64,000 nt of DNA from Sarea resinae (lineage: Eukaryota). Shown here piece after piece: positions 37,834-54,843 of this stretch. Each line of letters begins with the position of its first letter. Position 1 is the first letter of the stretch. Position numbers and translations under genes: made by a program. Below the pieces are notes generated by a model. The model ran no database searches. It was not told where the DNA came from and worked only from the letters and a program-made list of their open reading frames with translations. The stretch is taken from NCBI GenBank assembly GCA_026026165.1, contig JAPEUD010000074.1, positions 1 through 64,000 of the forward strand, in the 5' to 3' direction.

Positions 37834-40800
37834 CTAGCGATTCTTATATTCCTCTTTCAGAACCCAGCGTCCTCTTCCCCTAGACCCCTTCTCCAAGTCA
37901 GCTATCTCTTTCAGCATCTCTTTGAACTCTGCCGTCTGCTCCGCAGTGTTGCAGAATCGATTAAAATGATCGATCAGCATCTGCGTATGAACCTGACCAC
38001 CATGAACGAGCAAGTAATCTCGAATCAACTTCATGAATTCCTTCCCCCTGGGCCCTGGCGTGCCCGACCTTGGACTGCGTCCAACAGGCGTCCCAGCCCT
38101 TGCGAAACTGGCGTTGCCTGCCGCAGTTTGCCGACTCTGCAGTCCAGCGAGAATGCTCGACGAAGCTGGACCTCCTCGGCCGGAGGCTCTTCCAAATCCA
38201 GATCGCGCCTCAGGCCGCCCAGCGCTCCCAAACTCGCCCGTCCAAGTTGGCGTCCCAATTGGCACTGATCTCGCGGCTTCGCCCGCCTTCTTCAGCTCCT
38301 TGGCCGCTTCGGCAGCCACTCTCTTTGCTTCCCTTTCGATCATTTTTGGATCAGCAGCTACCACCCTCTTCCCATTGATGATCTGATCGTGCTCAAGTGC
38401 AGAGTGTACGCCAGAGCGAGCAAAGATTCCTTCCATGACACGGGCTTCACTATCTTTAGCTGGATCACTGGCCTTGTCTCCCTCTTCCTCTTCGCTAACA
38501 AAATGTTCTAAGCCCGCTACTCCAGCCATCTTACGGACGCTTGACGGATCATCGCGGTCTCCTTCGACTGCAGAGCTGCTGCCATTACCACTAGCCGTAG
38601 TCCCCTCTTTAGCAGTCTCACCGTTTCCGAATTTTACCTCGGTACCTTGGAACAGCTCGCTCGTCTCTGTGGAACCAGCATCTGCTGATCCTAATGTGAA
38701 GAGATCGTGTAAATCTTTCAGCTGGAAATTTTGGCGTTGTTTGGGGTCCTTCAAGATCTTGTGAGTAAGCAACTGCTTGAAAATTTGTCGATGGTATATT
38801 TTCTCTTCTATCGTCCCCGCTGTCATGAGCCGATATATCATCACTTCCCTCTTCTGGCCCAATCGCCACGCACGTTCGCGAGCTTGCACGTCGGTAGAAG
38901 GGTTCCAGTCGGGATCGTAAATGATCACCCTATCTGCTCCGGTCAGATTAACACCCAACCCCCCAACCTTTGTTGTGAGCAGGAAAACATGAATATCTGG
39001 AGTCTTATTGAACTCATCTACTAGACTTTGCCGGTTTTGGATAGGAGTGTTGCCGTCCATTCGCCGATACTGAATACCGACTAGAGATTGAATGTATTTC
39101 TCCAAAATGTCCAGCATAATTCGATGCTGGGCAAACAGCAAAGTCTTATGACCTGTTTTCTTCCACAGCTCGATCAATGCTTTGACAACCTGCATCTTTC
39201 CTGCCTTTGTCCCGTTGCCGTAATTGTAATTGACCTTTTGGGATAGAAGCTGACGGTCTACGAGGTCCGGGTGATTGCAAATTTTGCGTAGAATATCGAT
39301 CCCGTAGAGCACCTGTCTCTTCCCATTCATGATGGATTTCATATCATCTGAAGCAAGAAAATTTTCGTATGCCTCCCTTTGCACTCTCGTCAACTTGCAA
39401 AAGAGAACTTGTTCAGTCTTCTTGGGTAGATCTGCTGCTACATCAATCTTGAACCGTTGAAGCAGATATGGGCTGATGGTGTCTTTCAGCGTTTCAGCGC
39501 ATTTCATGGCCGTCTGTACCTGCAAATTCGATGCGTTTGCATAGCCGCCTTGTTTGATTGGAAACTCGAATTGCGCTCGAAAGTTGACTAGTGTTCCCAG
39601 CCGCATGGGAAATACAAAATCGAAGAGTGACCACAGCTCTGTCAGGTTGTTCTGCATAGGCGTCCCTGAAAGGATGACGCGATTGGCAGTGCGCAGTTCC
39701 TTGCAGTAGATGGTAATTGCTGCGTTGGGATTGCGTATCTTATGACCCTCATCGAGGACTGCGTATTCCCAGTCGATTGATATCAATTGCTCTGCGTAAG
39801 TCTGTAGCCCGGAGTAAGTCGTCACGAGAACATGACCGTCTTTCACGACACGATCGACGATTCTTTCTGCAGCTTTTTGCCCTTTGGTTTTCCTCCGCTT
39901 CCGAGTGCTATCCCATGATTCGAGCACGAGTTCGTCTTCTGCTTGTCGCTCTCGCCCAATGTCAATCATGCCACTGCCGGAAGTATGAAGGATGGAGACC
40001 CGAAACGGTGGCCACCATCTGTGAAATTCATTGACCCACTGCTTCATTACAGTAGCAGGTGCAACGACGATGATTGGTTTCGTCAATTTATTCGAATAGT
40101 GTAAACCGGCCAAGAAGGATATGATCTGAATTGTTTTTCCAAGACCCATTTCATCTCCAATGATTCCGCCGACCTGCTGGGAGAACAGTTCCCACAACCA
40201 TTGCACTCCAGTCTTCTGGTAATCAAATAAGGAAGGAAATATATCTCCCGGTATTCGATAGCCGCCATCAAATTGAGCATCTGGTCTTGTTGGATGCGGT
40301 AAATGGTATTCTTCTTTGCCTGCAGGCTGAGAACTTTCATTCCTCCCTTCTTGATCGGATGCTGCCACCAAATCACCTGCTTCGCCATTCTCAATCGCCC
40401 TCTTCCTCGCCTCGCTACGCCTTTTGGCCCAATCTTTTAACCTCATTTGATACAGCGCTTCGTTACCATCATCGATTCCCGTAAGATCTTCTTGCTGGGC
40501 TTCCTGCTCCATTCGAGCCTTCCTTTTCCCGGCAGTCTTGCGCTTCCTAGCAGGTGTTGCAATAGCCAAATCATCTTCGTCTATCTCAAGGAATTCATCA
40601 TCTTCGTCGGTCAAATCGGGAATGAAAGTATCCTCCGCTTCTGTCTTGATTCGGGGCGTCGATGCTCTCTCCTCAGCGCTCGAATCAGCAACCCGCGTAG
40701 TTGATTCCACTCTTCTCCTTTTTGTCGGCCTTTCTAGGGGAGTTGAAGGATCAGAAGAGTCTGCGGAGCCACGAGCTTCCTCAAAACCAGGCATGAGGAG

Positions 40801-41641
40801 GTTACGATGTGACATGACCTCCTGGTTTCCAATTGGCTGCTCCGTCTCGTCCTCTGATAAGCCTTCCTCGGCGTCGAGCATTACATCGTGGAAAGAAGAG
40901 CCAGATCTAGCCAGAGAGCGGCCCATTGCAGAGAAGGGAGTAATTTTCCCAGTTCGGATGAGAAAGTCTCGCTGACTTTCGTTCGGTAATCTCTTATTAC
41001 CTTGCTCTTCACCAGACTCTATCTGTTCATCCTGCTTGTGTCGATCGTCTATGCGCTCTTGTATCTGAACCAAGTCTGTGTCTAGAGTTGCAATCTTTGC
41101 ATCGAGATGAGCTTTTTCCGCTTGCAAGCGCGTCCTTGTGGCTGATCCGTTAGGTTGGGCGAGACGCTGCTCTAGTTTTCGAATCTGAAAGAATAGTCTC
41201 CTATATGTCGATATGGTATTAGTATAAAAGTGATAATATTGTCAAGGTTTTGCTGAAAGTGATCGTACTCCTTCTCAAATTTGGTCTTCTCCAGCCGCTT
41301 CTGGTCCCTCTCATCGGCTTGCTCAAGGAGTAGACGATCTGCCTGGAAGACTTGGCAATCAGCTTATTTCTTGCTGAATAGCAGTATATCTCCCTTTAGA
41401 GCCTCACCTGTCGCCCAATGTCCCTTTCCAAATCATCTTGGTCTCGTACGTTCTCCGTCAGATGCTTAAGCCTGCTGGCTTCGTCATCCCCATCGTTTAG
41501 AATATCCTCATTAGGCTCGTTGCTCATCCCTTCCTCCTCTTCCTTAATTGCAGCCTGCGCATCATCTCTCGGCCCAGGGCGAATTTCACTGGGGTGGCCG
41601 TCTTTTGAGACTTTCGCTCTTGGACCTGGAGTGTCTGCCAT
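37834..41641 (-). CDS. RAD26: Rad26/CSB (ERCC6) SNF2-family ATPase for transcription-coupled repair (3 exons)
   Basis: LIRTGKITPF, GDEMGLGKT, LDEGHKIRN, LSGTPMQN, WNPSTDVQARERAWRLGQ and a C-terminal winged helix (FKEMLKEIA...WVLK). Confidence 0.96.
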
Positions 41642-43651
41642 GGTCTCGGAAGAGTGACGGCGTTTTGGATACGCGATGTTTCCAAGATTATATGTTTTCG
41701 GCCGTGTGGCGACTGAACAGCCTCAGAGGGACTTTGGTCAATCTTACGACGGGACCGGAGAAGAAGTCTGATGGATTGGATGTTCACCACCATTCCTCGA
41801 ACTGGGTGGCGAAACGGGTAGATCGGCGCGTCTTTATCATCATAGTAAAGTAGCTGTATGTATTATATCTGTAAACTACCTTGCGGTCACCCGGCAAAGG
41901 ATCTGAACGGTGGAAATTCAGATTATATTCACCTCACCTCACCTCCAGGGCGAGCGCTCTTGACTCAATGGAACCTGGAAGCCTTCTTAGCGACAGCATC
42001 ATCGTCATTCATCTCGTGCGCGGAAAGGAACTGGCAACGGAGGTTGCCGGCCCTCGCAGATAGGTTTAGCGAGATCACATGTTTCGGCACGACGTTGGGG
42101 TATGCTCTTCATCATCCCCAGCTTACCTAAGGTAGTACCTTATTGAGGGCTCGTACCTGGATGGCAATATGCAGTACCTACCTTAGGTAATCAGTTGCGA
42201 GGCAGCCCAGGTCAAGCACGAAGCACTGCGGTATGGATGCTTCGAGGTACTTCGTACTTCGTACCTACGTTACCTACGTTAGGTTCCTACCTGAGGTACC
42301 TAAGTAAGGTACCTAATGTGTGGTGATGAGCGAGCAGCCCAGCCTTTCGCCGCATCCGTTGTCTGAGGTGTCCTCGATAGCACTGCACCCCCTGGATCAG
42401 CAGAGCAGTTGACGAAGGCTGGGCTCCGGCTGAGCTCGGGGTCTCCCAACTCGGCGAGCTCTTTCTTTTCATGGACACCCTTTGAGATGGCCCTGATACG
42501 AGGGGGATGGGAAAATGGATACCTTCGATGCAGGCGTCGAACAGGCCGTATCCGCCTGTGAGTGACTGTACTCGATCTCACACTCTGGATCCGGCCACGG
42601 GTCGCTCTAGAAGTACTCTCTCGCTCTTCGCTGTTCGCTTCCACCACTTTCGTCTCCTCGATCCCTCGCACTCGTATCCCCTGGTGACCCCATACTGGAG
42701 TGCATCCTACCGTGTACGGCAATTGATTGATCATTGACGGATTGGTGGATGATTAGTATACCTTAGGTACCTGACAGCCCGAGAAGTATCTCGTACACTG
42801 TTTTGGGTTCGTACCAGATCCTACCATCCGTACGGTAGTCGCGCGCTCCAGCGGTCGAATGCCCAGATCATCTTGAGCGTTTTGGCTTTGCAGTTGCCGC
42901 TTTGGGATCGAGGACATTATCGAAAGCATTATCATTGACACCCTCAGCCGTACAGTCGTAGTAGAAGTAGTAGTAGTAGACTATCTGATACTGGAATACT
43001 ACCCTTCTTTTCCTTTTTATTCCTCCTCCTCCTCCGCCTCCTCCTCCTACCGTCTACCTTACCTGACTTCTTCCATAATCCTTGCCGCTACCTACCTTGT
43101 CCTGCCTCCTACCTCACTTCGTGCCCACCTGCTACTGCCTACTCTAACTGTAAAGTCGGCTGTCGACCGACCTCCCCACCTACCTTGCTCCGTTTACCTC
43201 ACGCAAACCACGCACGCCTCGTCATCTCTATTCGCGCCTGTGAATTGTCACTCTCGCCAAACCACCAGTTGTCGACGGACGATTCCCCGGCATATGCACG
43301 GGCAGTACAGACACCCAGACAGACAGGTAGACCGGATACACTTCATGCCCAAATGATCGGGCCTCAAAGTGCATCGTGAAGGCACTATTCGAAGGGCTGC
43401 TACCATCACGATAGCATCAACCTCTCTATCTGTCCATACCTTTCTGTCGCACTGCATCAGACGCGACGCATCGGCCTCGCTACGCCCCACCAGCCAGTGG
43501 CCGCTGTGGAAGCCGGCGCCCAGGCTGTCCAAATCGCGACTTGGAGCCCGCTTCCTGACTTCCGGAATCGTCGCTCTCATCCAGCAACCCGACCCATCCC
43601 GGCGAGTCATCAAACACAACCTCGCCGGCAGTGAGAGCCACATCAGGCCTC

Positions 43652-46759
<3,108 letters not shown>

Positions 46760-48038
46760 AAGTTCCTTGTCTTCGATAGCGACAGGTCATCGGGCCGATT
46801 GCGGTCCAAAGTAATTCTGCGGCCATTTTGGTATCGAGATTCTCGTCAGCTCTGCTAGCCCTTACACGGAGTCTACGAGGGCAAGCACATATGCCGCTGT
46901 CCCACCAGCATGCCTCCGTGGAGAATGCTTCTGATGATATAAATTTGCACAGTGATAGGGACCTCTCAATGTTCTCCAGCTTGAAGGAGCTATACTTTTT
47001 GTTCTTTGCAAGATTCCACAATTGGTCTAGGGTTTGCTCCGTGTTACGAGAAAATGCGATGATTGCCTCATACATAAACCTCTCAGCGTTCTATCCGTGT
47101 TCATCGCTGGAATGGGACGGGTCAGCTCTTGTGGTAGTCGGTTAGCATTAGCATAGCGAGACTTTGCAAATCAGAAATCCGCGAGCAGTGGGTCAGATTG
47201 ACTGCTGCTTAGCTCATGTTGGCCGTCCATTGTGTACCGTGAAATAGTATGAAATCAATTCTGTTATAGTCGAGAGCTCGATCTGGAGGTAGCGTGTGTC
47301 TTATGTCTCAAAACTCTATGAGTGGGTGGCGATAGCAAGGGGCTTTCTTCTTCCCCCTTTCGACTTGGGATCGACATGGCAAGCCAAAAATAGGTAGGTA
47401 GGTAGGTACCTACCTTAGGTAACGAGATCTCCTGTACTCCGTAGGCAGATGTCGGACGTGCAGTACTTCGTACACAGTACCTTCATCAACAAAGTGAAAG
47501 CCCTTCTACATGGTATATTGATAGCGGTACCTTAGATAGATGTACCACTCTCTGTTCGCTAAACAACGGGATGCATGGGACGAATAGTGGGAAGCCGTAA
47601 ATAATAATAGTGCACTTTGCCCTCGTAGTACTTCATAGTTCGTACTTTCGTATGATCGATAGAAGAATTCGCGTGTTTGTCTTATCCTCCATACTCCCTC
47701 TCGTCCTCTTGCTCTCGTCGATTTAGTTGCACACTTCATTCTTCACTCGTTAGCTGAATATATGTAGGTTGTCACTCCCTTGGCTATCTCGTTCAAGATC
47801 TTCGCTCATTTCAAGCAGTTATGCGTCACTCGTTCGCTCGGCTCTAAACTACCCTTACTGCCGACTCGACTCCTCAGGCTACGAGACTCGATCCTAAGAG
47901 CTCGATCATACATACTTGAGGGAGAACGAGGGCCGGGGCAGCACTTCCGAAAATCACCATTCAGAGGAACATAACCTCTGGCTTTACTCTGTCGGAGGTT
48001 CGCCCTCGCTCGTTCCATCGGCCTCAGTCCTCATCACG

Positions 48039-49111
48039 ATGAGGACCCCTCGACTTCTCCCAGTGCTATGGACGCTCTTCCTTTTCACGGCTCTCTCCGA
48101 GGCTTGGCCATGGCCTCCGTCTTTTCAAGGAATCGAGGGATTGGTAGTCCGACGGGCAGATAGCAGCAGCAGCAGTGAGCCCGATCTTTACGGATTATGC
48201 TGAATTTCCACTGACGGTACCTAGACACGGCGTCGGCCACGGATAAGAGCAAGACCTCGGCATCTGCTACCGCATCGTCCCCGAAAGAAACCGGAAAGGG
48301 ATCTGCCAAAGCAACTGCTTCGGCGTCTGCTTCTGCTTCTGGGTCAAAAGCCTCGGGATCCTCCGCATCTGCATCGGGGACTCAGAAGTCTTCTGCCAGC
48401 GCCAGCGGAAGTAAGAGTGCCAAAGCTAGTGCAAGTGGGAGTGCCAGCGCTTCAGGCTCAGCATCGGCGTCTGCGTCTGCATCTGCGTCTGCCTCGGGCA
48501 CGGCCAGCGCCTCGGGCTCTAAAAAGACAGACTCCAAGAAAACCAGCAAGACCGCCAAATCCTCTAAAACCATATCCGTTGATCCTCGTCTTCCCGCGGG
48601 CGGCATCTCAATGATTACACCCAACGCACTCTCTCAAACAACATACTACAAAATCGGCGAATACATCACCTTCGGCTGGAATTATACCTCCCTCTCAGTG
48701 ACCCCCTCAGCTATCGACATCCTCGCCTCCTGCAGCGCTGCCAGCGACATTTTTACTATAGCCATGAACCAAAGCGTGGGAACCAAAAATGACGTCACTT
48801 GGGATACGGGCGAATACCAAAAGACTGCCACGGTGCCGTTGCTGACGGAGACTTATACCCTGATTATCTACGACGCCGCCAAGGACGTCAGCGCCACCGC
48901 CAGCGCGGGCTACCTCGGCACATATGACCAATTCACGTTCGGCATGTATACACCACAGCCATATACTCCACTCAATGAGTATCGATGCGCCACTTGCAGC
49001 TCTGCTCTGTCCGATATGGAACGACATACTCTAGGTTTTCTGCTGGGTATGGGCGTTGTCACTGTGCTTTCCTTTACCTGGTTTGCGGGGGCCACGGGCG
49101 CGCTACTTTGA
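48039..49111 (+). CDS. Secretory-pathway membrane glycoprotein, Psg1/YKL077W-like (signal peptide, Ser/Ala-rich region, conserved beta domain, C-terminal TM)
   Basis: Signal peptide, Kex2-like VVRR, SASASA repeats, DPRLPAGGISMITP, YYKIGEYITFGWNYTSL, FGMYTPQPYTPL, CATCS and a TM helix. Confidence 0.82.
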
Positions 49112-49500
49112 TAGCTTACAGCTTCCGTGGTTTCAGGCTATTTGCCTCGTGAATATCTCTTCGAAGTTCTGCCCAGCGTTGTCAGCATCAGCATCCGCAT
49201 CTGTATCTGCATCTGCATTTGCGATTATCATCTTCTTCAAAGTATTGTCTTTTTTGGCTCTGGATCCACATAACTTATACAAACCAAACGATACAAACGC
49301 CAGGCATCAGTCTAATAGGTATGGAAATGGGGATCTCAAGGGGTGCGGGTTGGCCGGCTTGGGTTGGTCGGCAGACGGTCTCGGCGTTTCTGGCATTTGA
49401 ATTTAAGATTACGTACGGTGTTTACGTTAAGCTAGCTACAAGAACATATAATTCCATCCAACAATCCATCAATCCTCTTCGGTCGCCTCATAGGTCATAG

Positions 49501-50683
49501 CTACGTTTCTCTGCCATGGCCCCCCTTTAGACCCTGTCCAGCATCATGCCGATAGACATAGGGCCAATCATCGCGCACCAGATCTGCACGGATCTTATAC
49601 GCCTCCTCTGCCTCTTCTAATACGGTTGTGTCGACGTCTACGACTGCCATTCCCTCCTCAGAACTCCCGAGTCGCACGAGCGGGCCTATGAATGGCACCG
49701 TGATCTGGGAGAGCCCTGCGAAGCCCTTGCCTGCGGGACCGCCGGCGTTGGCAAAGACGATTGCTGCCAAAAGGTGGAAGATTAGTATGCCATGATGTAA
49801 AGGGGATAAGATGGGTGTTACCGCAGGTATTTTCGAAGGTGCGCGAAATGAGTGTGCTATCTAGGAACACCGCCTCAGAGACGGGGTTCCGTGATAAGCC
49901 TGCGGGGGTGCAGTCGTTGAGTGTCCCTGTAGTTATACAGGCTCAATCAGTCTCAACTCACAGCAAGGTACCCTTGGGATTCCTATTCGGGAATGACTCA
50001 CAGAACGTGGGTATGATGATTATCTTTGCCCCCCCAGCTACTAGCTCGCGGAATGCTTCGGGGAAGGCGAGGTCCCAGCAGATTAACAAGCCGACAGGCC
50101 CGACGGGCGTTTGAAAGACTTCGTGTGGATGGTGGCCGCTGGACGTCAGATGTGGACGTTCAGTGTGCCTGTTTCTTGTTAGATGGCCTCTCGAAACAGA
50201 AAAGGGGCCGCCGAGTAAGTACCAAAGGTTTTTCTTGACGTATTTCCCCAGCACATCTCCCTGGTTCCCTATGAAGTAAGCCACATTCAGCAGCTGATAG
50301 TTCTCTTCCTTTCCTTTTTCTTGTTCTTCATCAATATGTTTCTCAAGAACTGTGCCAGGCACGATGCAAATATTGCACTCCTTGGCCAGCGCCTGGTATT
50401 TCTGCAAGTAGTGGGTCCATTGCGCAGTCAGTTCTATGAAGCCAGGTTCTTGCGGAACCCAGCTCGTCAGGTGGTATTCCGGGAGGACGGCTAGATGTGC
50501 GCCTTGAAGAGCTGCAGAGCGAATGAAGTTGGCCGCGCGCGAGAAGTTCGACTCAATTTGGAGAGGCTGTCGGAAAGATATTCAGCGGGTTGAGAGGCAA
50601 GGAGGAGAAGGGGGGGATGTGGGGAAGGGGGATCTGACTTCTGGGTGGAGCTGGATCACAGCGATCTTATAAGTTGGCGCCAT
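49501..50683 (-). CDS. Carbon-nitrogen hydrolase (nitrilase superfamily), 5 exons
   Basis: Catalytic triad contexts LPEY, KKNLW and ICWDLAFPE; N-terminus MAPTYKIAVIQL. Confidence 0.92.
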
Positions 50684-51042
50684 GGTTTTCAGATTTGAAG
50701 AATATCAATTGAGTTTGATGTTCATGCAATACGCAGAGTAGGCTAAGGAAGGAGGGGGAGGGGATTACTAGAGGAAATTGGTCCTGATGCCCACCTGGAT
50801 ACCATCTGTGGAGGGAGGTTAGCTTATCGATATCAGGGTGTCCGATATTGCCCCGATATGGAGGGTCGTAACGCTAAACTCCTTGTAGGGTTGCTCAAGC
50901 GAAAGCCCTTCAACTTTTGTCGATTTCACACCAACGACATCAACGACGACAATTGACGATCGGAGCGGCCAACGACTGAACGACGAAAACGAGACAGAAG
51001 ACCTCTTCCCTCATCTACAGTCATTGAGGCTTTTCCATCACC

Positions 51043-52611
51043 ATGAACGTTCAACAACGCCTGCCGTACTCGAATCGGGATGTCCCGACTCATCCTCGCA
51101 ACGACTCCGACGACGAGGAAGAGGCGCTCGTGAACGATTACAGAGAGCAAGTGCAATTTGACGATGGCATGAGCGAGTTGGATCGGACGACCTCTCTTGG
51201 CGCCAGTTCGCAACAGGACATACAGGCTCAACTTGCCGCGGCCGCGACGCCTTTAGAGTACCAAGCCACTTTAGAGACAAAGTTCGCCAGCTATGACAAC
51301 TACTGCAGTCTTTTCCACTTCATCCTGAACTCGGAGGGCCCTGTTGATCTTGAAGTTCCTTCCGTAAGAAAATCTGGGATTCCAGAGCAGAAAGCGCGAA
51401 ACTAATGTTGAGTTTAGTACTACTGGGCATGGGATGTCATCGACGAATTCATCTACCAATTCAACAGCTTCTGCAGCTACCGCAACCGCGTGGCTCGCAA
51501 AGGCGACAATGAAGAAGAGATCCACCTCCTCCGCGAGAATCCCAATACTTGGGGCTGCTACAGTGTTCTCAATGTCCTGTATTCCCTCATCCAGCGCTCG
51601 CAGATCAACGAGCAGCTCGCGGTCATGAAGCGCGGCGAAGACCCCACCGCAGTGGCTGGCGAATACGGCACCCGCCCTCTCTACCGCATGCTTGGCTACT
51701 TTTCCATCATCGGTCTCCTCCGCGTGCACTGTCTGCTCGGCGATTTCAGCCTGGCCCTTAAGACTCTGGATGACATTGAGCTGAATAAGAAGGCTATGTT
51801 CGCCCGCGTCATGGCCGCCCACTTCACTACGTACTATTACGTCGGCTTCTCCTACATGATGATGCGCCGCTACGGTGACGCCATCCGCATGTTCTCCCAC
51901 ATCCTCGTCTACGTTTCCCGCACCAAGAACTTCCAGAAGAACGCCCAGTACGACTCCATCTCGAAGAAGAACGACCAGATGTACGCCCTGATCGCCATCT
52001 GCGTGGCTTTCCAGCCCACTCGTCTCGACGACACCATTCACACCGCTCTGCGCGAAAAGTACGGGGATCAATTCCAGCGCATGCAGCGCGGCGGTCCTGA
52101 CTCTCTTCCTATCTTCGAAGAGCTCTTTCGCTCAGCCTGCCCGAAATTCATCTCCCCAACCCCACCGGACTTTGACAACCGCGAGATCAACATCGATCCC
52201 GTGGAGCACCACGTGCGCATCTTTATGGACGAGGTGAAGACGAACATGTGGACTCCCACCGTACGCTCATACTTGAAACTCTACACGACCATGGATCTGA
52301 AGAAACTGGCCGGCTTTTTAGATGTCGAGCCTGAGAAGCTCAGAGCGTGGTTGTTGGTGAACAAGCAGCGAAGTCGCCAGGTCAGATGGGCGGAGAATGG
52401 GTTGTTGGATGGTGATGTGGTGAACACGAGTGATCTCGATTATGCGTTGCAGGGGGTGAGTACTCTTTCCTTGTCTATGACAAGATCCAATTTGAGTTCC
52501 CACGACAAATCACTTACTTATGTCCTTCAGGATCTCATCCACATCTCGGAAGCGAAGGTCGGTCGTCGTCTAGTAGACTGGTATCTTCGTAATCTCGCCC
52601 GCACGTACTAG
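51043..52611 (+). CDS. Translation initiation factor eIF3 subunit l (3 exons)
   Basis: WAWDVIDEFIYQF, LGYFSIIGLLRVHCLLGD, ACPKFISP and RSYLKLYTTMDL. Confidence 0.95.
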
Positions 52612-54843
52612 TCTATCTTGGCCATTGGCGTAACTTTTCACTCGTCACCTCGTGGTCACGTAGCTTGGTCGTTCAAGATCAAGCATGCTCCCGTCTCTGT
52701 GTCATCTTGCGAGATCATCAAGGTGGGCATCTCCGTTGGGTTATCCGCAGCCAAGGTGGCTCGTGTCTCTTGATGTTTGCATCTCGAGTGATGCCCAGAG
52801 CAGCAGCGCCAATCATCAAGTCATCTTTCCAATAAACGTGAATCGGTTCTCATGGCGTCCCTTCGGTCTGATCTACAATTTACGTTTACGCTTCACAGTG
52901 CTGCATGATGGGAGGGGGCGGAATCTACGGGCAGAGGGGCGACACCTAGTTCACTATTCGATAGACCACCTAAAATCAAAGCAAAAAGCTCCTTGAAGCT
53001 ATGTATCTTGAATGTTTATCATATCGGACCTTTTCTCTTGGTATCTGAGGACAGCGCACTGTCATCGCGAACTTGTCTATCTTCTCGGTAGAATGTCTAG
53101 GTAGAGTGTAGGATGCCTGAAGATAGACGGGACGGCTGGCCTTACTATAGCAATATTTTGAGGTGCGTAGCCCACAAGTCTGAAAATAGTCAGCCATTGC
53201 AGCACCCATCCAGCCTGCTGGTCCCTTTCGTGTTCTGCTTTGCTCCCGTGCTTTTGCATTCGAACATCCTTTACAATTGACGGGCACTTGACTGCAATCA
53301 CGCCACTTTCATTATATGGACGCATTTATCATCTGCAATTGGCCATGTGAAACCACTGACGATGTTTGGATGAAATATTATTGGATGCCAGGATGTGGAA
53401 ATTCGGAGACGTTCGACGGCAATTGGCCATCATTTACTATAGTCCCAGTCTATTGGTTGGGCTGGACGGTGGGATTTCTCGTAGTAGTAGCCCAGTCGTT
53501 GAATGTCGGACAGCGCGGCCTGTAGACGTTCGACGATAATTGTCCAAAACTTACTTGAGACGTTCGACGAAAAATGTCCAGAACTTCGCTACCAACTACC
53601 ATATTCTAAGGTACCATACTTTACCTAGACCAACTTTCAACTGAATCAGGGTTCGTCGAAGTTTCGCGCATGGATAGATTGGATGGATATCCATGGATGA
53701 TGAAAGATGTTTCCGGACTGGCCAGCACTCTCCACACACTGCGTTAGCTAGCCCCTGATCAAAGGCATCTCTACGAATCCTCTGCACTACCCCACGCACC
53801 ACGCATAGGGCTGTCACGAATCCAGAGTCGTCCTGTCCAGTGTCATCCATCCTCAGGGATTGGCGTCGTTTGGTAATCGGTCTATCTTCTCTCTAGGGCC
53901 CTCTCTCCGGCAATTGAAACAGATGAGAAGAGTACCTACCGGTCTATCATCTCGACGTAGATATAACAGGCAACATGGAGTTGTCCAAGTTAAGCCAAGG
54001 AGGGAATTGCACTAAATACCCTAGGTGACTACCTACAGACTTCGGTAAGGTACTTTGGATAAGTATGGAGCACATGTATGGTGCAGATAACCGATGCCCC
54101 AGATATTGAGTTTGTGGGGAGAGATCTTAGCGTCGACTTGGATTAGATCTTGACGCAACCCCCCCATGTGCTCGCGCTACTACCACCTTATTTGCGCTCT
54201 GATATTTTCATTCTAGAGAGTGCTGATTGGGTCTTGGTTCAGGGCTCAAGGCCTCCATTTTCTCATTTCTCTCTCTCATTTCCGTTTCTGGTTTGCGAAC
54301 AGCTACCATTAGCCCTACTGCCGGCACAAGCGTTTTCGTATCGTAGCATGTGAGGCAGAGGCTTCCTCTCCAAACACTCTCTACTTTCCTCTCTTGGGTC
54401 TAGTCAACATGCAGGTGTCATTCCATCAATCTATGACATTTGACTTTCGTCCTGATATTTGCAGAAGCCATCGCAGCCGAATTAGGTTGTGACGAATATT
54501 CTTGTCATTATTGCGTTCGTCGTCTTGAGCGCCTCCATATCTGTATCATCACTTGCCTTCTCAATTCTTCTTGTCTAATGAAGTGGAAAAAGATAATGAC
54601 GTAGAAATATGCCCCCTCAACTCACTCTATCTCTTTAGCATCATATTTAAGAGCTTTCTGATCCCGCCTGTGAGCTGATCTGATTTGGCTGCTTCTGCTG
54701 AACGTTACACTAAACACTGTACGGGAAAAGAATTTTGAACATTCTATGCGAGCCTCCAATTTCAACATACCATTATCACAGTATACCACACAATACAAGA
54801 GAATACAATACAATACAATACTACAACACACAGCATAAATATA

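Noticed and set aside
49495..49503. TAG-CTA-TGA stop context of the nitrilase as readthrough creating a cryptic PTS1
   Set aside because: The efficient fungal motif is TGA-CTA, and the resulting T-X-L end does not fit the PTS1 consensus.
51271..52071. 266-aa antisense ORF opposite eIF3l (likewise 30976-31563 opposite RPL7 and 11427-12020 opposite the transporter)
   Set aside because: These are shadow ORFs expected from strong C/G-ending codon bias on the coding strand, with no recognisable protein features.
53406..53586. CRISPR-like repeat-spacer array
   Set aside because: The context is eukaryotic, there are only three degenerate copies with irregular spacing, and there are no cas genes.
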